DNA of 64,000 bases, taken from NCBI GenBank assembly GCA_948485625.1, contig CAOMRW010000002.1, forward strand, positions 4,452 through 68,451, written 5' to 3'. This document shows, piece by piece, positions 10,662-19,603 of the stretch. Under the pieces are notes generated by a model. The model was not told the origin of the DNA. It did not search any database and saw nothing but the letters and a program-made list of their open reading frames with translations. Made by a program: the position numbers and the translations under genes. The DNA is from an uncultured Clostridia bacterium. GTDB lineage: Bacteria > Bacillota > Clostridia > TANB77 > CAG-508. Every line of letters begins with the position of its first letter. Position 1 is the stretch's first letter.

Positions 10662-10985
10662 ATGTTTAGATTTCCATTCTATGGTTATCCATACAATAAC
10701 CCATACCATAGATACTACAATAACTATCCCAACAATATACAATATAATCAAAATACAAAAACTCAAGAAGTTGAAAAAAAAGATAGTATTACTAATTCAC
10801 ATGAAATTAGTAATACTATCAATTCAAGGTCTTCTGAAAAAGCAGAAGAAGCTCTATTTGAGATATTAGGAATCAAATTATATCTAGATGATATAATAAT
10901 TCTTGGTGTACTTTTTTTCCTATATGAACAAAAAGTAAAAGACGAAATGTTATATATTATATTATTCTTATTATTATTTGCATAA
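10662..10985 (+). CDS. hypothetical Tyr/Pro/Asn-rich protein with C-terminal hydrophobic segment
   Basis: ATG 10662 with AAAGGAG RBS 10646..10652. N-terminus FPFYGYPYNNPYHRYYNNYPNN. C-terminal TM-like tail IIILGVLFFLY. Convergent with minC. Confidence 0.45.
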   Translation: MFRFPFYGYPYNNPYHRYYNNYPNNIQYNQNTKTQEVEKKDSITNSHEISNTINSRSSEKAEEALFEILGIKLYLDDIIILGVLFFLYEQKVKDEMLYIILFLLLFA

Positions 10986-10987
10986 TA

Positions 10988-11620
10988 CTATTCAATTACA
11001 ATATCCTCACCATCTATATAAACATATGCCTGTTTATGCATAGGTTCTTCATCCCTATTAATTTCCTTAACAACATTAGAAATTCTTATTTGAACAGTAT
11101 CTAAATAACCAGCAGCGATTATAGCATTTTTATTTCCTTTTGCACCAGCATGAGCAAGCCCTCTTAAATTTCCTAAAACTACAATATTGTCTGATGCAAT
11201 TACTTCTGCACCTGAATTAACATCTCCCAAAATAACAATACTACCTTCAGCTTCTATTCTTTGTCCAGACCTTAAAGAACCTCTATGAAATTTAGTTTCA
11301 GAAATGGCAATTTCTTGTTTAAATGTTCTTGTTATACTTGCCAACCCTAAACTCTTAGGCATATCAAATTCAACATCAACATCAATATTCTCTTTTATTA
11401 GCTGTTGAATCTCATCAATTTCCTTATTCTTTAGCACTTTTCCAACAATCTTTATTGGAGTTTTTTCATCTTTATATAACTTCTTTAACTCTGGTAACTT
11501 TTTAGTAAGCTCCGTTATAATTTTAATTTGTTCTGCATCTTCAAAAATTTTAATCATAATATAATCTTTCTTTAAATTAATTGCAATACAACTTTTCATT
11601 TCTACATCCATTCCTCTCAA
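10988..11620 (-). CDS. minC: septum site-determining protein MinC
   Basis: C-terminal MinC beta-helix domain (GSIVILGDVNSGAEVIASDNIVVLGNLRGLAHAGAKGN). Track start 11620 is TTG. A more likely ATG is at 11599 (MKSCIAIN) downstream of GAGAGG. No minD/minE follows. Confidence 0.8.
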   Translation of the reverse strand: MRGMDVEMKSCIAINLKKDYIMIKIFEDAEQIKIITELTKKLPELKKLYKDEKTPIKIVGKVLKNKEIDEIQQLIKENIDVDVEFDMPKSLGLASITRTFKQEIAISETKFHRGSLRSGQRIEAEGSIVILGDVNSGAEVIASDNIVVLGNLRGLAHAGAKGNKNAIIAAGYLDTVQIRISNVVKEINRDEEPMHKQAYVYIDGEDIVIE

Positions 11621-11624
11621 ATAT

Positions 11625-13742
11625 TTATCTCATACTTTCGTTATATGAAATTGCTCTCATATCTTCAGTTATATTTTGAGTATTCATACCAAAATATTCT
11701 GCCATTATATTTCTTACCGCTTCTGCAGTATAATTTCCATGTCCACCATTTTCAACCATAACAACAACTGCAATCTCTGGCTCTTCATATGGTGCAAAAG
11801 CAGCAAACCATGCATTTACCAAATCATTATTATTCTCATCTTTTCCAGCCTCTGCTGAACCAGTTTTACCACCTACTGAAATATCAAAATTTGCAAATCT
11901 CGTAGCAGCAGTACCAGACTCACCACTTGTAACAGACTTCATTCCTTCTTTCACAGCATTCACATAACTAGGATTTAAAGTTATATCTTCACTTTGTCCA
12001 TCATCTTTAACTCCTAATTTTTCATTCACAAACTTATTAATCTCACTCCTTGATACCTCTGTTCCATCAGGATTTTGAATTGATTTTATTATACTCACAT
12101 CCACATCATTGCCACCATTAGCAATCATACTTATATACTTAGTCATTTGTAAAGGTGTAAACTTATTATATCCTTGGCCTATAGCTGCATTTATTGTATC
12201 ACCAGGATTCCATGTTCTATTTATAGATGCAACATAATCTTTACTAGCCAAAGTCCCCATTGCCTCTCCAGGAAGCTCTATTTGAGTTTTAACTCCTAAT
12301 CCAAAATATTTAGCATATTTATCTAATACATCTATTCCCATTCTATCAGCAGTTTCATAGAAAAAGAAATTACAAGATTTCTCAATAGCACCAATTACAT
12401 TAAGATATCCATGTCCTCTATGATAATCTGTATAATACCAACATTTCCATGCTGCTCCATATTTTTCATAAACACCAGTATCATTCATTCTCTCTGTCAA
12501 AGTAATATTACCTGACTCTAACCCAGCAATTGCTGTAATCATCTTAAATATAGAACCTGGTTCATAAGCACTTTGAATCGTTTTATTTAATAATGGATAC
12601 GCCTTATTTTCTGAATAATTTTTCCACTCTTCATTACTAATTCCATCTGCAAACGATTGAGGATTATAATCTGGATAACTAGCCATAGCCAAAACTTCTC
12701 CAGTTTTTACATTCATTACAACACAAGAACCACCTTTTGCATCATAAGACTTTCCAAATCCACCATTTCTTATCTTCTCAACATTAGATTTCAAGGCCTC
12801 TTCTGTTATCTTCTGAAGCTTAGAATCTATTGTAAGTATAACATTAGACCCAGCAACAGCCTCTTTATCTATAACCTCTGCTGTTATAGTACCATCAACA
12901 GCCATATCTATTTGTTTTGTACCTTTTTTACCTCTTAAATAATCTTCAAAAATATATTCAATACCAGTTTTCCCTATAATATCATTCTGGCTATATTTAT
13001 CTTTTCTAGTCTGATATTCTGAATCACTTATTTTAGCCGCATAACCTAAAACATGAGAAGCCAAAGTACCTTCTTTATATTGTCTTACTGGTTGCACAAC
13101 AATATTTATCCCTGGAAACTCATCTCCATTTTCGCTAAATTCTGCCACAGCTTCTCTTGGTATATCTTTTGCAATTGTTAAAGACTTTGTACTACTATAT
13201 CCCTCTTTTACAATAGCATATCTAATCGCAATAATTTTTCTTATTTCAGATATATCTTCATTTTCTATTTTATATTTATCTTTAAATTTATAAAATGCTT
13301 GCTCAGCAGTAAAGCTATCATCAATATCATTATTTTTTTTCCAATTTTTTAATGAATCATCACTTATTGTAAATTCAAATGGCTCTATTTTAATCGGAAA
13401 AGAATCTATATATTTTATATTATACTTCTCCAACACATTAATAATTCTAAGTATAGTATCATTCAATGTATTCACATCTATTTTACTTTTATATAACTCT
13501 AAATTAAACTTTTGATTAGAAGTAACAAGTACATTTCCTGACCTATCCAATATTTCTCCCCTTGCTGCTTCCAATGTACTCTCTCTAGTTAATCTTGTAT
13601 TTGACTGTTCTCTATATTCAGAACCATGTACAATCTGAAGGTTAAACAATTGAATAATTAAAACTACTCCAATAATATATGTAAAAATAGTTGCTATATT
13701 ATATCTAAAATTAATACTTCTTTTATTAATCCCTTTTGACAA
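11625..13742 (-). CDS. mrdA: penicillin-binding protein 2 (elongasome transpeptidase, MrdA/SpoVD family)
   Basis: N-terminal TM, PBP dimerisation region and transpeptidase domain. Sits in the conserved position after mreBCD. Confidence 0.85.
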   Translation of the reverse strand: MSKGINKRSINFRYNIATIFTYIIGVVLIIQLFNLQIVHGSEYREQSNTRLTRESTLEAARGEILDRSGNVLVTSNQKFNLELYKSKIDVNTLNDTILRIINVLEKYNIKYIDSFPIKIEPFEFTISDDSLKNWKKNNDIDDSFTAEQAFYKFKDKYKIENEDISEIRKIIAIRYAIVKEGYSSTKSLTIAKDIPREAVAEFSENGDEFPGINIVVQPVRQYKEGTLASHVLGYAAKISDSEYQTRKDKYSQNDIIGKTGIEYIFEDYLRGKKGTKQIDMAVDGTITAEVIDKEAVAGSNVILTIDSKLQKITEEALKSNVEKIRNGGFGKSYDAKGGSCVVMNVKTGEVLAMASYPDYNPQSFADGISNEEWKNYSENKAYPLLNKTIQSAYEPGSIFKMITAIAGLESGNITLTERMNDTGVYEKYGAAWKCWYYTDYHRGHGYLNVIGAIEKSCNFFFYETADRMGIDVLDKYAKYFGLGVKTQIELPGEAMGTLASKDYVASINRTWNPGDTINAAIGQGYNKFTPLQMTKYISMIANGGNDVDVSIIKSIQNPDGTEVSRSEINKFVNEKLGVKDDGQSEDITLNPSYVNAVKEGMKSVTSGESGTAATRFANFDISVGGKTGSAEAGKDENNNDLVNAWFAAFAPYEEPEIAVVVMVENGGHGNYTAEAVRNIMAEYFGMNTQNITEDMRAISYNESMR

Positions 13743-13757
13743 TTTTTCACCTTCCTC

Positions 13758-14300
13758 TTAAAAATATCTAGTTAAAATCTTATTTCCTTTGTACTCATTT
13801 TCTATATAATATCCAAATTTTTGTATTAAAGGATATATTATTATAGTTATTAAAATATTATAAATAACTTCTAATATAAGAATCTTCACAAATTCTAATA
13901 TCTCTATATTTATAGAATTTAAAATATAATTCATAAAATATGAAACAATCTCAAAAACCATAGTGGTTCCAAATACCATAAACATTATAGTTATTCTACT
14001 ATCTTTAGAAAAATTCTTATCAAAGATGATTGATAATATACCAATTAATGCTAGTCCAATTAAATTAGTACCTATCTTATCTCTAAATAATAAATCTATA
14101 ATAATACCAAATACAGAACCATATATAATCCCCATACTTTTACTTCCGAATAACCCTATAAACAATGTATAAATCACAAAAAGATTAGGCTTTACTCCAG
14201 CAATTGTAAACCAATTAAATAAATTAGCTTGTAAAAAATAAATCAAAAAACCAATTAATATTAAAGCTAAATTTATAAAAGCTTTTCTCAATACTACCAC
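13758..14300 (-). CDS. mreD: rod shape-determining protein MreD
   Basis: 180-aa polytopic membrane protein directly downstream of mreC. Confidence 0.6.
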   Translation of the reverse strand: MVVLRKAFINLALILIGFLIYFLQANLFNWFTIAGVKPNLFVIYTLFIGLFGSKSMGIIYGSVFGIIIDLLFRDKIGTNLIGLALIGILSIIFDKNFSKDSRITIMFMVFGTTMVFEIVSYFMNYILNSINIEILEFVKILILEVIYNILITIIIYPLIQKFGYYIENEYKGNKILTRYF

Positions 14301-14375
14301 CTCTTTTTACAAAATCTCTTACACTCTTCCAGTTTCTATTTCTATGTGTTTTTATATATAATAATAACCACACAC

Positions 14376-15191
14376 TTAATTATTCTTCACAACCAAAACT
14401 GTATTTAATTTATTAAAATCAACTGCAGTCTCAATCATAGCATATCTATCAGTTTTATTTTGGGTAGTAATAATCTTCTTTACATTACCTACATGTATCC
14501 CTTTAGGATAAATCCCCCCTAATCCAGATGTATCAACACTATCTCCTTGTACTAAATTAGCATCTGTAGATATATACATAGCCTTTAACTCTGTATTACT
14601 CTCTAAAGTACCTTTACAAACTATACTATCTTTATTAGTATTCATCAAACAACTTATTGAACTTGAAGTATCTATTATAGTTCTAACCTTTGCAGTATTA
14701 TCAGTAACAGATATAACATGCCCTACTAAACCTTCATCCGCAATTACTGTCATATTCTCTTTTATACCATCTTTTTTTCCTACATTTATAACTATCGTCT
14801 TTGAATAATTACTTATATCTTTATTTATAACATATCCTGGTATTGTCTTATACTCACCATACTTCTCTGTCAATCCTAAATATTCCTTTAATGTCTCATT
14901 CTCTGTTCTAATATTCTCAAGTTCTCTTAATAACTGTTCCAACTGACTATTTCTTTCTTTTAAATCTTGATTCTCTGTTCTCAAATTACTTATATCTGTA
15001 AAAAATGTAGAATTACCACTAAGCTTATTCTTCAAATATGTTAATCCATTTTGTACTGGCATTACTAGTTTATTAGCAACATTCTCAAAAAAAGGCGTAT
15101 TTGCTTCTCTATTAGAAAATATAACTATAAAAACTAAAACTATTATCGTAATAATAATCCCTAATAAACCACTTCTCTTATTTCTATACAT
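14376..15191 (-). CDS. mreC: rod shape-determining protein MreC
   Basis: N-terminal TM, coiled coil (LKERNSQLEQLLRELENIRTENETLKE) and MreC beta-domain. Follows mreB. Confidence 0.8.
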   Translation of the reverse strand: MYRNKRSGLLGIIITIIVLVFIVIFSNREANTPFFENVANKLVMPVQNGLTYLKNKLSGNSTFFTDISNLRTENQDLKERNSQLEQLLRELENIRTENETLKEYLGLTEKYGEYKTIPGYVINKDISNYSKTIVINVGKKDGIKENMTVIADEGLVGHVISVTDNTAKVRTIIDTSSSISCLMNTNKDSIVCKGTLESNTELKAMYISTDANLVQGDSVDTSGLGGIYPKGIHVGNVKKIITTQNKTDRYAMIETAVDFNKLNTVLVVKNN

Positions 15192-15224
15192 ACTTATGTC
15201 TCCTTTCTACATTTTCTAAGTAAT

Positions 15225-16265
15225 CTATTTTCTTCTTCTTGAATTAATAAGTACTGTCTTCAATCTCTCTAAATCCTCCAAAGTTTTTCCTGTACCTCTT
15301 ACAACGCAATCTAATGGTTCATCAGAAATATAAACTGGCATTCCTGTTTCAATACTTAATAATTTATCTAAATTTTGTATCAATGCACCACCACCTGCAA
15401 GTACAATTCCTTTTTCCATAATATCTGAAGCAAGCTCTGGTGGTGTTTTTTCAAGAGTGCTCTTTACAATATCTACTATTTTAGAAATTGATTCTCTCAT
15501 AGCTTCTTCAACTTGAGTAGATGTTATTTTTTCATTTCTAGGTAACCCATTTGTTAAATCTCTTCCTCTTATTTCCATTGACATTGCAGTCATAAGTGGC
15601 ATTGCACATCCAATTTGCATTTTTATTTGTTCTGCTGTTGTTTCTCCAATTGCTAAATTCATTTCTCTTTTTATATAATTTACAATATCTTCATCAAGTT
15701 CATCTCCAGCAATTCTTAAAGAATGGCTAATTACAACTCCCCCTAATGAAATGACTGCAACCTCTGTTGTTCCTCCACCAATATCAACTATAATATTTCC
15801 ACTTGGTTCGGCAACATCTAATGCTGCTCCTATTGCTGCTGCCATAGGTTCTTCAATTAAATAAACTTCTTTTGCACCAGCCTGAATAACAGATTCTTCA
15901 ACTGCTCTTTCTTCAACTTCAGTAATTCCAGATGGAACTCCAACTACAACTCTAGGTCTTCCAATATTATATCTTTTTTCTACCTTTTCAATAATATTTT
16001 TAAGCATTAATTGAGTAGCTGTAAAATCTGCAATAACACCATCTTTTAATGGTCTTACTGCTTTTATTTGTTCTGGTGTTCTACCAAGCATTTCTTTTGC
16101 TTCATTTCCAGTAGATAATATATTTCCTGTTCTTCTATCAATTGCAACAACAGAAGGCTCTTTTAAAATTATTCCTTTCCCCTTTAATGTTACTAAAATA
16201 TTAGCTGTTCCTAAGTCAATTCCAATATCTTTTGAACCAAATGTAAAAAATTTCATATATTTCAT
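15225..16265 (-). CDS. mreB: rod shape-determining actin homologue MreB
   Basis: Actin-fold motifs DLGTANILV and GGGTT. Alternative ATG at 16256. Confidence 0.9.
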   Translation of the reverse strand: MKYMKFFTFGSKDIGIDLGTANILVTLKGKGIILKEPSVVAIDRRTGNILSTGNEAKEMLGRTPEQIKAVRPLKDGVIADFTATQLMLKNIIEKVEKRYNIGRPRVVVGVPSGITEVEERAVEESVIQAGAKEVYLIEEPMAAAIGAALDVAEPSGNIIVDIGGGTTEVAVISLGGVVISHSLRIAGDELDEDIVNYIKREMNLAIGETTAEQIKMQIGCAMPLMTAMSMEIRGRDLTNGLPRNEKITSTQVEEAMRESISKIVDIVKSTLEKTPPELASDIMEKGIVLAGGGALIQNLDKLLSIETGMPVYISDEPLDCVVRGTGKTLEDLERLKTVLINSRRRK

Positions 16266-16289
16266 ATCCTTTCTTAAAATAACATTATT

Positions 16290-17015
16290 CTATTTAGTAG
16301 TCTTCTTCAGTTTTTCTACTAATTTCTTTGTCTCTTCAAAAACACTTTTATATGCATTATTACCAATTACTATATGGTCTAATAATTGTATATCAAATAA
16401 CATGGCAGCATTATAAATTTTATCTGTTGCTCTAATGTCTCCTTGACTAGGCGTTGGGTCACCTGTTGGATGATTATGAACTAATATCATTTTAGGAGCT
16501 TCTATTTTTAAAGCTTCATATATAATTTCCTTAATACTTACATTTGCAAAATTAGTTCCACCTTTTGCAATATCAATATTGTTTAATATTTCATTTTTGT
16601 TATTTAATAAAAATAATTTAACATATTCTCTTTTTTCAAACCTCATTTCCTCCATCACTAAGTTTGCCATAATATCTGTATTTTTTACCTTTATCTTTTT
16701 ATAATTAGATGGCTTAGACATTCTAATAGCTAATTCACAAACAGCCTTTAATTGTATTGCTTTAACTCGTCCAATTCCTTTTATCTGTGTAAACTCTTGC
16801 AAACTCATAGATTTTAAAAAATTCAAATCTCCCATTTGAGGATCATAACTTAAATTTAAAATTCTTTGTGCTATCTGCACTGAGGTTTCATCTTTGGTTC
16901 CAGATTTTATTATTATAGCTAATAATTCTGCATTTGATAAATTTTTCTCTCCATATAACTCTAATTTTTCATATGGTCTTTCTGTTTCAGGTAATTCTTT
17001 TATTTTTAATGACAA
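16290..17015 (-). CDS. radC: RadC-like JAB-domain protein (UPF0758)
   Basis: HhH N-terminal part plus JAMM motif HNHPTGDPTPSQGD. Canonical position upstream of mreB. Confidence 0.85.
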   Translation of the reverse strand: MSLKIKELPETERPYEKLELYGEKNLSNAELLAIIIKSGTKDETSVQIAQRILNLSYDPQMGDLNFLKSMSLQEFTQIKGIGRVKAIQLKAVCELAIRMSKPSNYKKIKVKNTDIMANLVMEEMRFEKREYVKLFLLNNKNEILNNIDIAKGGTNFANVSIKEIIYEALKIEAPKMILVHNHPTGDPTPSQGDIRATDKIYNAAMLFDIQLLDHIVIGNNAYKSVFEETKKLVEKLKKTTK

Positions 17016-17065
17016 ATTAAAACTTCCTTTCTTTACAATAGTTTTATATTTGTCCCACTTTTTTA

Positions 17066-17323
17066 TTACACTTTTCTATATATAAATACAGATAGTATCA
17101 TACCAATAATACTTGCAACATTTATTCTTATCATTAGTCCAAATGTTAATTTTAATACATTCAAATCTAATATTAATGGATTTTCTAATCCAAATGCTTG
17201 CTCATATGATAACCACCAAAGCCATGGTACTCCTGATGCTAACTTTCCAAGTAGTCCCCCTACTACTAAACCTGCTAATAAAAATACTAACAATACCCAT
17301 ATATTTTTTTCTCTTGTTGCCAT
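17066..17323 (-). CDS. DUF4321 family small membrane protein
   Basis: Probable start MATREKNIWVLLV at 17323 behind a GGAGG RBS (track ORF extends to 17410). Two TM helices. Commonly found beside radC/mreB in Firmicutes. Confidence 0.55.
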   Translation of the reverse strand: MATREKNIWVLLVFLLAGLVVGGLLGKLASGVPWLWWLSYEQAFGLENPLILDLNVLKLTFGLMIRINVASIIGMILSVFIYRKV

Positions 17324-17438
17324 TTTTATACCTCCATTTTTTCTTTCGTCCTTACGGATAATACCTTTTCTAATATACTGTATTATATATTGATTTACGT
17401 TTTTTTTCAAGTAATTTATATAAATTTAAGAAAAATGA

Positions 17439-17467
17439 TTTACATTCTTTATAATCCATTATATAAT
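17439..17467 (+). promoter_or_regulatory. sigma-70-type promoter for the kinase-CYTH gene
   Basis: TTTACA (17439..17444), 17-nt spacer, TATAAT (17462..17467). Followed by GGAGG RBS at 17505..17509 and ATG at 17518. Confidence 0.55.
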
Positions 17468-17517
17468 TCGTTTACGCAACTTTATTAACCTTTTCTATTA
17501 TTTTAGGAGGTAATCAC

Positions 17518-18621
17518 ATGAAAAAACAGGTTTGGAATTTTGTTCTCACTGGAGGCCCTTGTGCAGGAAAAACAACTGGTCTTTCTACTATGGAACAAGA
17601 ACTACAAAATCGGGGATATTATGTATTAATTGTCCCTGAAACAGCAACAGAATTAATTTCAACTGGTATTCGTCCTTTTAATAATTCTTTAGATTTATTA
17701 CCTTTTCAATATGTAGTATTTGAAAAACAAATTCATAAAGAAGAATTATACAGAAAAGTAGCACAAATGATACCAGCTGAAAAAGTTATTATTATCCATG
17801 ATCGTGGTATAATTGATAACAAAAGCTATATAACAAATAAACAATTTCAAGAAATTCTATCTCACTTTTCCTTTAATGAAGTAGAAGCACGAGATAGATA
17901 TGATGCTGTATTTCATCTTGTAACAGCTGCAAATGGAGCTGAAGAATTCTATACTTTAGCAAATAATGTTTCTCGAACAGAAACACCAGAAGAAGCACGG
18001 AAACTAGATGAACTAGGAATTTCAAATTGGACTGGACACCCACATTTTAGAATTATTAATAACAGTACAGATTTTGAAAGGAAGATGGAAAGATTAATGT
18101 GTGAAGTATATTCAGCTCTTGGAGATCCTACACCTATTGAAATTGAAAGAAAATACCTTATTAAAAAACCTGACATCAATACACTTGCAAAATACGTCTC
18201 TATTACTGTTATTGATATCGTTCAAACATATCTCAAGTCAACGGGAAATATCGAACGACGTGTACGTCAGAGAGGTCAAAATGGTAACTTTTCATATTAT
18301 TTAACAGAAAAACGTGAAATTGATTCATTAAAACGTGCTGAATCAGAAAGAAAAGTTTCTGAAAAAGATTATATTCATTATCTTTCAGAAATAGATACAA
18401 CTCTTCATCCAATCATAAAAAAACGAATCTGCTTTGCATACAAATCGCAATATTTCGAATTGGATGTTTTCGATTTTTCCAAAGATTTAGCTTTGATGGA
18501 AATTGAGCTAACTAATGTAAACTCTTCTGTTGAATTACCTAACTTTATTGATATTATTAAAGAAGTTACAGATGACCCAAAATATCGTAACCATCAAATT
18601 GCTAAAACACAAACCTTGTAA
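17518..18621 (+). CDS. P-loop nucleotide kinase-like (AAA_28/NadR-like) domain fused to CYTH (triphosphate tunnel) domain
   Basis: Walker A VLTGGPCAGKTT at the N-terminus. CYTH signature EIERKYLI plus downstream acidic/basic tunnel residues (ERRVRQRG, FELDVFDF, MEIELT) at the C-terminus. Visibly higher GC and different codon choice (CGG, CGT, ACG, GGC, CTC) than neighbouring genes. Confidence 0.7.
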   Translation: MKKQVWNFVLTGGPCAGKTTGLSTMEQELQNRGYYVLIVPETATELISTGIRPFNNSLDLLPFQYVVFEKQIHKEELYRKVAQMIPAEKVIIIHDRGIIDNKSYITNKQFQEILSHFSFNEVEARDRYDAVFHLVTAANGAEEFYTLANNVSRTETPEEARKLDELGISNWTGHPHFRIINNSTDFERKMERLMCEVYSALGDPTPIEIERKYLIKKPDINTLAKYVSITVIDIVQTYLKSTGNIERRVRQRGQNGNFSYYLTEKREIDSLKRAESERKVSEKDYIHYLSEIDTTLHPIIKKRICFAYKSQYFELDVFDFSKDLALMEIELTNVNSSVELPNFIDIIKEVTDDPKYRNHQIAKTQTL

Positions 18622-18670
18622 TTAATAATAATGTTGTATTAGAATATTATTATCTGCAAAGAAAGCTGTA

Positions 18671-18770
18671 AAAAATCTGTGGTGATTGGAGATGATGATT
18701 TTTGGAGCCAAGACCTGGCCTAAAAAACACTACTCCAATCACTACAAACTTTTTTACAGACTTTTTTATT
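18671..18770. repeat. palindromic MITE/REP-like intergenic element (copy 1)
   Basis: Arm ctgtaaaaaatctgtggtgattggag pairs with ctccaatcactacaaacttttttacag. Core ccaagacctggcc sits between the arms. Ends ...acagacttttttat. Related copies at 41783..41885 and 63961..64000. Confidence 0.6.
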
Positions 18771-18867
18771 TTTTATATTTAATTTAGAATTTAATTACCA
18801 AAAATTACTCCTTTAAATATAATAATAATAGTAGTATAATATAATTAATGATACTGGAGGTAATCTA

Positions 18868-19497
18868 ATGAAAATTGAAAAATTAACAGAAAATAAAATT
18901 AGAATAATACTAAAACAAGAAGACTTTAAAAATAAGTCAATAGATTTAAAAAAATTTATTCTAACAGAACCTGAAACTCAAAGTTTATTTTTAGAAATAT
19001 TAAATAAAGCAAAAAAAGAAGTTGACTTTGACACAGATGGTCACAAATTATTAATAGAAGCTTATTTTCAAAATAGTGATGTATTCATATTTACAATAAC
19101 AAAATATACTGAATCTAATACAACTCTAAAAAACAATACAAAAAAACTTTTATCAATAAGAAAAAAAGTTTCAACTCTACATAGCCCCTGTCATATTTAT
19201 CAATTTGATAATTTTGAAAACTTTTGTGATTATTGCAATTATATACATAAAAAAAGCACAATTAACTTAAAAACTATATTCAAATCATGTATTTTGTATC
19301 TATACAATAATACATACTATTTAGTATTTGATGGAATAAACATATCTCATAAATCATTAGCTCTATTCCATTCATCTTTATTAGAATTTTCTACTTGTTT
19401 TAACTGTACGAAAAATTTCAAGTTTAAATTAAAAGAACATGGAAAAATAATTATAAAAAATAACGCCATAAATACAGGAATCAAATATTTTGCATAA
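18868..19497 (+). CDS. mecA: adaptor protein MecA-like
   Basis: N-terminus MKIEKLTENKIRIILKQEDF...LFLEILNKAKKEVDFDTDGHKLLIEAYFQNSDVFIFTITKY resembles the MecA N-domain (MKIEKINDNTIKIFLTYDDL...). C-terminal YYLVFDGINISH resembles the MecA C-domain. Confidence 0.55.
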   Translation: MKIEKLTENKIRIILKQEDFKNKSIDLKKFILTEPETQSLFLEILNKAKKEVDFDTDGHKLLIEAYFQNSDVFIFTITKYTESNTTLKNNTKKLLSIRKKVSTLHSPCHIYQFDNFENFCDYCNYIHKKSTINLKTIFKSCILYLYNNTYYLVFDGINISHKSLALFHSSLLEFSTCFNCTKNFKFKLKEHGKIIIKNNAINTGIKYFA

Positions 19498-19532
19498 TAA
19501 AATTATAAAATTCCCTTATATAAAAGTAAACA

Positions 19533-19568
19533 ATCCACAATTTAAAACTAAATTGTGGATTATTTTAA
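19533..19568. terminator. bidirectional intrinsic terminator between mecA and the M23 peptidase gene
   Basis: atccacaattt-aaaact-aaattgtggat stem-loop followed by tattttaatt. Confidence 0.55.
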
Positions 19569-19603
19569 TTATTAAAATATATACTAATTTTATATTACAA
19601 TAT

